NCBI RefSeq assembly: GCF_036321535.1
Contig: NC_087436.1
Coordinates: 26,910,001-26,974,000 of the forward strand
Direction: 5' to 3'
DNA from: Camelus dromedarius
Lineage: Eukaryota
DNA length: 64,000 bases
Part shown: positions 54,050 to 64,000 of the stretch, one piece after another
How positions within the stretch are numbered: position 1 is the stretch's first letter
Layout: each line of letters starts with the position of its first letter
Program-made: the position numbers and the translations under genes
Notes under the pieces: generated by a model
Databases searched by the model: none
What the model saw: only the letters and a program-made list of their open reading frames with translations
Told to the model about the DNA's origin: nothing

Positions 54050-55312
54050 TTTCAAACCGTTTTTAACATTTTTTTCAACAAATATTTCTTCATTTAATTA
54101 AAATTATCTCAGTATATTTTTCACAAAGATTTAGCTGTTAACAAGATTTTTTTTTTTTTTGCAGTGTCAAAGAATATACGTGGGCATTTCAGCATCCTTT
54201 TTAGAAACTATAGATGTAAACTTTCACGTTTAGATATTTTGTGAGACTCACGTAAGCCCTGAATCAAAGGGCACTTAGTCTAACTTAATATTCAACCATA
54301 AAAAAATAATTTTGAAAAATCAGTTTATATATTTTTTAATCCCTAATTCACTTATGCATTGTTGATTTTTCTAATGCCACATCCTAGCTGCAGTTTCTTT
54401 AGCTCCTCCAATGCATTAAATTATCTCCTGAGTCTGAACCTCTACAGCCTGTCCCTAGAATATGCCTGGCTTAATAAAATACTTTTTATGGAACCCTTTC
54501 CTATATAAACAATTTGAGCAGACCAAATCCACTGCAGTGTATTCTGGGTCTCATTATCACACCATCCAGTAAAAAAATTCTGTACAGATGAACAAAGAAA
54601 TCTGCTCACCAGGCTGACCTCTGAGAACCTGGACCTGCCACTGGACACTGAACTAACCCCATAAGCAGGAGATCTAGAATTCCTTAGGACATATGGGTGA
54701 CCCAGGACCAAGATCAGAGAGTGCCCCAGGGAAGAGACACCCAGAGCTCATGTCAGTACTTATCCAGGAAACCCTACAGGCCCCCAGAGGTCCCAAGAAC
54801 TTAGACTATTTTTAGGAAGGCACACTAAATCTTGGCTAGCTGCTTTTCTAAAGGTGAGATTGCCTCTACATGCCATTTCTACTGCATGGAGACTATTCTC
54901 CAGTAACGTAGCCAACTCCATTATACCTCAAGTTTCAGCTTATGTTCCACAAGAAAAGATTTCCCTGACTCTGCTGACAAGAATCAATCTCCCCTTTTCC
55001 CCTTTAGTATAATTGTTACCTTCTCTTTCATATAGTTAAGCATAATTATCTTTAAATAACAGTCTATGCAATTATTTAATGCATATCTTTTCCAGTGTGT
55101 TGTAATTATAATGAGTTAAATCTGTCCTCCGCACTCCCACCCCCACCCCACTCTCCAGCCCATACATAGCTCAGAGCCTGTTGCACAGTACATATTTAAC
55201 ACATACTCACGACTGAATATTCTTAAGTGTTTTCAACCTCCCTGTCACAAAATTCTACATATTTCCCATATGAGTCTCTGTCCTACTTGTATTATTTCAT
55301 GTTGGATTGATC

Positions 55313-55446
55313 TTTGTTGCTGTTGTTCTTTTTCAGGGGGAGGCAATTAAGTTTATTTATTTATTTTTTTAACAGAGGTGCTTGAGATTGAACCCAGGAC
55401 CTCTGCATGCTAAGCATGCACTCTATGACTGAGCTAAACCCTCCTC
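55313..55446 (-). mobile_element. tRNA-derived SINE (camelid Vic-1-like)
   Basis: gattgaacccaggacctctgcatgctaagcatgcactctatgactgagcta is the reverse complement of the same head as 12275-12412. Confidence 0.85.
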
Positions 55447-55909
55447 ACCAAGCCTTTCCTGAAGAGAAAGTTGAATGCCAGGACTACCCTCCCAGCCTCA
55501 GCCCTCACACCACCCTCGAAATCCAGCCACCCTGGCCCTACTGTGTCCCAAATATAAAGGATACGTTCATCTCTTCTAAATGGAAGTAAATGGTTACCCA
55601 ACATTCAAGGCCAGATGAAATGTGGAGTGTCACTTCCTCTCTTTATTTTCTCCTAATTTTCCCAAGAAGATTACTTGTCCACTCATCTGTATCTGCAGAA
55701 CTATTTATAAACCTTTATGACATAACTTGCCTTAGGATATCATAGAAATTTGCTTATATGGCCATCTCCTCTGAGGACTGAAGGTCCTCAAGGGCAAGAA
55801 TTGTATCATGCCCAACACATTCCAAAATGGAGTGAAATATACAAAGGAAAGGAGGAGGGAGGGAGGGAGGAAGGGATGAAAAGACAAATAGGGGAAAACA
55901 AGAAGGAAG

Positions 55910-57117
55910 AAAAAATAGGGAAAGAAAACAAATGAGACCTAATTAAACTTATAAGCTTTTGCAGAGCAAAGGAAACCATAAGCCAAACAAGAAGACAAAC
56001 TATGGAATGGGAGAAAATATTTGCAAAAGATGAGAATGACAAGGGTTTAATTTCCAGAAAATATAAACAGCTCATACAACTTAATAACAAAAAAAACCCA
56101 ACCCAATCTAAAAATAAGCAGAGTACCTAAACAAGCAATTCTCCAATGAAGACATACAAATGGCCAATAGGCATACGAAAAAATGCTCAATATCATTAAT
56201 TATCAGAGAAATGCAAGACAATACTACAATGAGTTATCACTTCACAATAGTCAGAATGGCTATCATTCAAAAGTCTACAAAGGATAAATGCTGGAGAGGG
56301 TGTGGAGAAAAGGGAGCCCACATACACTGCTGGTGGGAATGAAGTTTGGTGCAGCCATTATGGAAAACAGTATGTAGATTCCTCAGAAGACAATTCCTCA
56401 ATAGACTGATCATATAATCCAGCAATCTCACTCCTGGGCATATATGCAGAGAGAACCTTAATTTAAAAACATACAAGTACCCCAATGTTCATAGTAGCAC
56501 TATTTACAATAGCCAAGACATGGAGACAACCTAAATGTCCATCCACAGATGACTGGATAAAGAAGTTGTAGTATATTTATACAATGGAATACTACTCAGC
56601 CATAAAAAAGAATAAAATAATGCCATTTGCAGAAACATGGATGGATCTGGAGAGTGTCATTCTAAGTGAAATAAAGCCAGAAAAAGAAAGAGAAATATAA
56701 TATGATATCACTTACATGTGGAATCTAAAGAAAAAAAAAAGACAAACTTATTTATAAAACAGAAACAGACTCACAGACATAGAAAACAAACTTACGGTTA
56801 CTGGAGGGGAAGGGTGTGGGAGGGGATACACAGGGAGTTCGAGGTTTGCGGATACTAATTAATATATATAAAACAGTTAAACAACAAGTTTATACTGTAT
56901 AGCACAGGGAACTATATTCAATATTTTATAGTAACTTGTGATGAATAAGAATATGAAAACAAATATATGTATGTATATGTATGACTGAAGTATTATGCTG
57001 TACACCAGAAATTGACACAACATATAAACTGACTATACTTCAATTTAAAAAAAAAAATATATATATATACATACATACACACACACACACATATATACAC
57101 ACACCAAAAAAATAGGG
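55910..57117 (+). mobile_element. 5'-truncated L1 (ORF2 C-terminus plus 3'UTR), tail microsatellite, 11-bp TSD
   Basis: Degraded [10 protein letters not shown]...[16 protein letters not shown] tail at ~57047-57057; aaaaaataggg at 55910-55920 and 57107-57117. Confidence 0.95.
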
Positions 57118-57419
57118 GAAGAGAGAGAGGGAGAGGAGGAGAGGGAGGGAGGGGGAAAAAAGGAAAGGAGGAAGGCTGGATTGATCTTAAAATATAGAAT
57201 TTGTTCATTTATTAGCTCAAACTGATTTCAAACTTCTAGTTATTTTGTAATCTTTGCACTGTTTTTTACTTTCTAAGGAAATACATAGGAAACAAAAATT
57301 TATAATTATTGCTACTATAGCTACTATAGTTAAGAATAGTTAGTATAAAATTTGTTCACTGTATTACACATTTTACTTGTATTATTTCTCATGTTTGTAG
57401 CAAGTTGGGTAAATAGAAT

Positions 57420-57560
57420 AATTGTTTTTCTGAAGATGGGGATAATGAAGGTAACAAAGTATGCTATAACTTGCCAAAGGTAACAGACTTTGGAAGTACA
57501 GAGCCAGGTTCCTACCACATGCTGTTTACTCCAGAGCTTGCATCTTTATATTACCTTAGT
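57420..57560 (-). mobile_element. MIR fragment
   Basis: agatggggataatgaagg...taacttgccaaaggtaacag...agagccaggttc resembles antisense MIR. Confidence 0.55.
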
Positions 57561-57629
57561 ACATAAGGGATTTTTTTCCTTTTGAGATTTTAAAATACTA
57601 TGGAGGCATTAAGAAATTTCCAGAGATTA

Positions 57630-57910
57630 CTTTATTTAACACACATTTGTTTGCTGCATATGGATTAGCAGGCTCAATACTACAACAACAAACGATAACA
57701 TGTACTCAGTGTTTAGGAAACTCACTCTAGCAGGAAAGATAAACCAGTAAATAGAATGTTATAAGACACTATAAAAACAGAGGGAAATATCCACAGAATG
57801 GTTTGGAAGTGTAAAAAGAAGCTATCCAATCTAGTCAGAATGGAAGGTAACACATAAGATCTGTCTTGAAAGATGAGCAAGATTTAGGCTTGTGAAGGAG
57901 TGGGCAAATA
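57630..57910 (-). mobile_element. L2 fragment
   Basis: tttatttaacacacatttgttt...aggaaactcactctagcagg...gtcttgaaagatgag resembles antisense L2. Confidence 0.55.
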
Positions 57911-60399
57911 ATATACCAAGTAAAATACACAAAGGCAAGACAAAAATGCCTATAAGTAAAAGAGAGATTAGAATTATGATATGCAAATATAATTATCTTT
58001 CAATTTTCCTATAGTAGAAATAATTGACTATCATGCTCATAAAATGCATAATTAATAGATGAGATGGTTGTAATTTGAATCTTAATGTTTAAGATACATT
58101 TTCTCAGGAGGAGGTGCATTACAGAGAGGTGAGCAAGTATAGAGCACGTATGCGGTAGGTAGGCAGTGTGGATTTATTTAATGCACAGAATGATTTAAAG
58201 AAAGAGATGCTTTAGAAATATTATTTACACTTACGTTGTACTAAATAGTTTGGGTAAAGGAAATTGGTTAATGATACCACAAAAGTACTAGTTTGTTGGT
58301 CCTGAAAACTGATGTCAGTTTGGAACAAGCAAATGGAATTTGGAGAAGATTCATCAATTCACATGTTAATAAGTACTGAAAATTACATTACGTGGATTTA
58401 GAAATTTAAAGAGAATGACTGATACTAAATTCTCAAGGTAATCAAGATACATAATAGAAATATGGGAACTATCTTATTTCGAAGAAATTAAGGTTATAAT
58501 GTCTCTTCATATAATTGTCGACAATTCATGAAGAAAAAAATTATACAATTATTATATCTTAGGAAATAAATTTTTTGAATCTTGTATAAAGATTAATTTA
58601 AAGTGGAATACAAATGTATATAATGTATATATTAGTGTAAAACAGGCTAGTGAAGGAAAAAGTTTTGGAGTTCTGTAGAAGCTAAGTACCAAAAGGTATT
58701 TTCTTTAGTTGGTCATTTTGGATCCAAAGTAGAAGAACAGGGCTTGGTAAACTAGGCTTTTAAAATTAAAGGAAAAGGAAACATGGAAGAAGAAAGTATT
58801 TTCTATATGAAGCAGGAGGAACTCTGCACTTACATCAAGATTAAATTGAGCATTTGCAAGGATTAAAATTGTAGAGAATTCATAAGGAGCTATCTATACT
58901 CAAAAGAAATAATGGATGCATATTTTAAAATACTAGCATATTTTAATCAGAAAATCTGAATATTTATTATTCAACATATTTGGCTTTGAAGATAGATGAT
59001 GCACTCTGCACCTCTAGAAAGAAAATGCTGTAGGTAGACCAGGGAGAAGTTGCCTGGAATAGTCCAGGTCTTAGTGGCGGTTGTTTCTCAATGCCAGGTG
59101 CCTAATGGCTCAGGAGAAATGAGAGATGGATGGCAAGGAATATCTGGAGATCACCAGCCTTACTTAGTTCTAAATCCACTTATTTATATTATATAGTGTT
59201 ACTTTATGTTCCAATTAATTACTCTCTATCAATAGGTAGAGCTTACAGCATAAATGTATGCTTTTATATAATCCACACTGTATTTGTAAAGTAGCAATTG
59301 CTATACTCCAAATGTTGAACATAAATGACAGAATGACTCATGAAATGTAGGTAGGGAGCAGGAAAAAAGGAATATATTCACAGGAATATTATTGTAAAAA
59401 GGAGCCTCTAAATTTTGCAGAGTGCTCATTGGGTGATTCACAAGGGAGCTATTACTTTAGTGTTTTCAAGTTCTTAATAAAGGGAAGAAGTACAGGTACA
59501 TTTTTTAAATGGGAGAAAATTACCATTTGTCATGTTTCTGTTGGTCTCATCTAATTAATGATGTAATGTTAAATATTATACTCAATAATAAAATAGGAAA
59601 ATCAGTAAATGCTTCTTTTTAATAAAACTTTGCTGTACTAGCTTATGGAAATTATACTTGTAAAATTGTACTGAATTCAGTATTCTTTCTTTTTCTGCTC
59701 CTCTTCCAATATATAGTGCTAATAACTTTTTCCAACTCTTTCAAATTATTGCTTAGTTTGAAATCATTTTAATTTCTATTTGCCACTCTCAAATTGTAAA
59801 AAATGATCTATGAACTGTCATTTATTCTGAGAACCAAATAGTTCATTTGGTTCACCATTGTAATGCTTAGCTGGATTCAGTCTCATACTGAAATATATTT
59901 CAGTATAACTATTAACAGTGACAATACATCTCCTCTATAAATCTCATTATTTCAGTAGATATCACATTAAATTGAAACTCACTGAAATCTAAAGGACTAA
60001 AATTGAGATAAATTTAAAAAGAAATTAAAAACTTTAATGATTTGCAAACTTTTGCTCATTTACCTTCCAACTGTGAATTCAAATTCTTCTGCCTTAATTT
60101 TCTACCTGCTACTTAATTTGGGCATTTCATTATTAGTAGTATCAAACTGCTATCCAACAGCATCAATATACTGTTAAAATTGCTTTAATGAGTACAAATG
60201 AAACAAATCTATTTACTATATTCTCTTTTATATTGAAATTATAAACCCTAGAAAAATTCATTTGTTCATTGGTTCATTGTTCTTTTTCTTTTTTTACCTT
60301 TCCCTCCTTCCTATGTCCCTCAAACATGAGTTGAGATCTAGAGTTTCTCCTCTCTGTTGTATTTGTCCAAGATCACTCTTTTTAATTGGGGTAAGAAGC

Positions 60400-61106
60400 T
60401 GGATATTTCTTACAAATCTAGGTGTATACTTACCATACAATCCAGAATTAACACTACTAGGTATTTATTCAGATGAGTTAAAGCATGTCTATGCAATCAT
60501 CTGCACACAAATGTTTATAGTAGCCTTATTCATAACTGCCAAAATTTGGAAGCAATCAAAATACTCTTTAATATGTGAATGGATAAATGTTCATACAGTG
60601 AAGTATTATCTAGTGATAAATAGAAATGAACTATCAAACCATGAGAAGATATGAAGGAAACTTACATGCATATTACAAAGTAAAACAAGCCAGTCTGAAA
60701 AGGATACATATTCTTGATTTCAACTATATGACAGTCTAGAAAGGGAAAACTATAGAGATAGTGGGAAACCAGCAGTTGCCAAGGCTTAGGGGTAAGGGAG
60801 AAGGATCAATGGTGGAGCACAGGATTTTTAGGGCAGTGAAACTATTGTAAATGATACTGTAGTGGTAGATACATGACATTACACATTTGTCAAAATTTAC
60901 AAAAATGTACAACATACAGAGTGAATCCTAATGTAAACTATAACATATCAGTACTAGTTCATCAGTTGTTACAAACATGCCACAATAATGCAAGATGTTA
61001 ACAATCAGAGAAACTCAATGAATCGAAGTGGGTAGATACGGGAACTCTGTATTTTCTACACATTTATTCTATCATCCTAAAACTTCTTTAAAAATAGCTT
61101 ATTAAA
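60400..61106 (+). mobile_element. L1MC-like 3' end
   Basis: cttaccatacaatccag, aagccagtctgaaaagg and atacatgacattacacatttgtcaaaa...agagtgaatcctaatgtaaacta are L1MC1/2-type motifs. Confidence 0.85.
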
Positions 61107-61109
61107 TAC

Positions 61110-61570
61110 AAACAGATCAATTATAGTAGTATTGTGTTATTTAAAGCACAATGCCATAGGAATAGATACATCTTTATATAAGATTTACTTTTAGGGAATG
61201 GATGGATTAGTGGTTTCTCTGTTCTTAGCACTGTAAAAGGGAACAGTCAAACTTGGAAGAAGTCAGTTCAGGTGACTTGCTTACATGCTGGAAATTGGTG
61301 CTGGCTGTACATTGTCTGGAAGCTCAGTTGAGGCTGCATGCCTTAATTTTCTTCCACGTAACTTTTTTTCTATGGCACTTGGGGTACCTCAGACCTTGTT
61401 GACTGGTTTCCTACAGGAAGGATGATGAAAGCTGACAGATCTTCTTAATGCCTTCCTTGGAGTTACTAAAATGAAATTTCTGTTTCTAACCATCAAGAAA
61501 GTTACTGACATAACCTAAATTAAAACTCAACTTCCTGATTGGAGGAGTGGGGTTGGTGTGCAGGAAGACA
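61110..61570 (-). mobile_element. Old MLT1-type MaLR LTR remnant
   Basis: cttacatgctggaaattggtgctggctgt...gaagctcagttgaggctg...ttcttccacgt resembles antisense MLT1. Confidence 0.55.
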
Positions 61571-61659
61571 CACAATTGATAAAGCTATACTAGAAGAACT
61601 GTTCCATCAAAATGTGCCTTGGTACAACAACAACTGAGTTTATTTTAAAAATCCATCCC

Positions 61660-64000
61660 AGCCAGGCTCATCAAGAAAAGAAGGGAGAGGGCCCAAATTA
61701 AGAAAATTATAAGTGAAAAAGAAGTTACAACTGCCACACAAAGAATTATAAGAGGCTACTATGAGCAACTATATGCTAACAAAATGGACAACCTAGAAGA
61801 AATGGACAACTTCTTAGAAAGCTGCAATCTCCTAAGACTGAATCATGAAGAAATAGAAAATATGAACAGACTAATTAGCAGCACTGAAATTGAATCAGTA
61901 ATTTTAAAACTCCCAACAAACAAAAGGCCAGGACTAGATGGCTTCACAGGGGAATTCTACCATTTAGAGAAGAGTTAACACCAACCCTTCTGAAACTATT
62001 CCAAAAATTTGCAGAGGAAAGAACACTACAAATTTTTCTATGAGGCCACTATCACCCCGATACCAAAACCAGACAAAGATATCACAAAAAAAGAAAATTA
62101 TAGGCTAATACACTTAAGAGTATAGATGCAAAAATCCTCAACAAAATACTAGCAAATAGACTCCAATGATGCATTAAAAAAATCATACACCAGGATCAAG
62201 TGAGATTTATCCCAGAGATGCAGGAATTTTTCAATATCTGCAAATCAATCAATGTGATATACCATATTAACAGACTGAAGAATAAAAACTATATGATCAT
62301 CTCAATAGACATAGAAAAATCTTTTGATAAAATTCAACATCCATTGGTGATAAAAACTCTCTGGAAAGTGGGCATAGAGGGAACATACTTCAACATAATA
62401 AAGGCTATATATGACAAACCCACAGCTAACATTATTCTCAGTGATGAAATGCTTAAAGCATTTCCTCTAGGATCAGGAACAAGACAAGGATGTCAACTCT
62501 TGCCACATTTACTCGACATAGTTTTAGAAGTCCAAGCCACAGCAATCACAGAAGAAAAAGAAATAAAAGGAATCCAAACTGGAAAAGAAGAAATACAATT
62601 GTCACTCTTTGCAGATGACATGATACTACACATAGAAAATCTTAAAGACACTATCATAAAACTACTAGAGCTCATCAATGAATCTGATACAGTGGCAGGA
62701 TACAAAATTAATATATAGAAATCAGTTGCATTTCTATACTCTAACTATAAAATAGCAGGAAAAAATTAAGAAAACAATCCTATTTACCATTGTATCAAAA
62801 AGAATAAAATACCTAGGAATAAACCAACCTAAGAAAGCAAAGGACCTGCACTCTGAACACTAAAAGACACTGATGAAAGAAATTGAAGATGACACAAACA
62901 GATGGAACAATATCCCATGATCTTGGATTGGAAGAATTAATATTATTAAAATGGCCATACTACCCAAAACTATCTATAGATTTAATGCAATCCCTATCAA
63001 ATTACCCAGAACCTTTTTCACAGAACTAGAACAAATACTCCTAAAAGCTTTTTCACAGCAAAGGAAACCATGAACAAAACAAAAAGACAACCTACAGAAT
63101 GGGAGAAAATAATTGCAAGTGACATGATTGACAAGGGATTAATTTCCAAAATATACAAACAGCTCATACAGCTCCATATCAATAAAACAAACAACCCAAT
63201 CAAAAAATGGGCAGAAGTCCTAAATAGACACTTCTCCAGAGAAGACATCCAGATGGCCAACAGGCACATGAAAAGATGCTCAATATCACTAATTATCAGA
63301 GAAATGTAAATCAAAAGAGAAATGCAAATCAAAACTACAGTGAGGTATCACCTCACACCAGTCAGAATGGCCATCATTAAAAATTCTATAAATAATAAAT
63401 GCTGGAGAGGGTTTGGAGAAAAAGGAACTCTCCTACACTGTTGGTGGGAATGTAAATTGGGGCAAATACTATGGAGGAGAGGATGGAGATTCCTTAAAAT
63501 ACTAAAAATAGACTTACCATACGATTCAGCAATCTCACTACTGAACATATATCTGGAGAAAACTATAATTTGAAAAGACACATGCACCTCACTGTTCATA
63601 GCAGCACTATTTACAATAGCCAAGACATAAAAACAACCTATATGTCCATCAGCAGATGACTGGATAAAGAAGATATAGTGTAATGGAATATAACTCAGCC
63701 ATAAAAAGAATGAAATAATGTCTTTGCAGCAACATAGATGAGCCTAGAAATTATCAAATTGATTAAAGTAAGACAAAGACAAATATATGATATTACTTAT
63801 ATGTGGAATCTTAAAAAAATGATACAACTTCTGTTTTCAAATTGAAAACAGACTCATGAACATAGAAAACAAACTATGGCTACCAAAGGGAAAGGGTGGT
63901 GAGGGATAAATTAGGGGTTGGTGTTTAACAGACATACATTACTATATATAAAATAGATAAACAACAAGGACCTACTGTATAGCACAGGTAACTATATTCA
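61660..64000 (+). mobile_element. Intermediate-age 5'-truncated L1 with degraded ORF2 and an internal deletion; runs off the window end
   Basis: Fragmented ORFs with [22 protein letters not shown] and KCWRG..HCWWEC, multiple stops and frameshifts; 3'UTR from ~63810. Confidence 0.96.

Overview
AT-rich, CpG-depleted mammalian DNA, most likely camelid (alpaca/llama/camel). The species call is inferred from two tRNA-derived SINEs resembling the camelid Vic-1 family and from the L1 3' ends. No host protein-coding gene, rRNA, true tRNA or CRISPR array is recognisable, so the window reads as intergenic or deep-intronic. It is dominated by transposable-element fossils: a young 5'-truncated LINE-1 (36.9-40.7 kb, minus strand) whose remaining ORF2 is broken by a single homopolymer frameshift; older L1 3' fragments; ancient L1M, L2, L3 and MIR pieces; MaLR/ERVL/ERV1 solo LTRs; and hAT and Tigger elements. 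The less routine observations are a ~180-bp segment duplicated 17 kb apart at ~90% identity, an old ~180-bp duplication 2 kb apart, a recent 124-bp tandem duplication, a tail-less ~75-bp internal L1 piece inside an LTR, nested insertions, and two speculative minus-strand exon-like segments at 22-23.5 kb. Repeat family names come from recalled consensus sequences and need RepeatMasker/Dfam confirmation; boundaries of old repeats are approximate and identities were counted by hand. I found no well-supported novel biological system.
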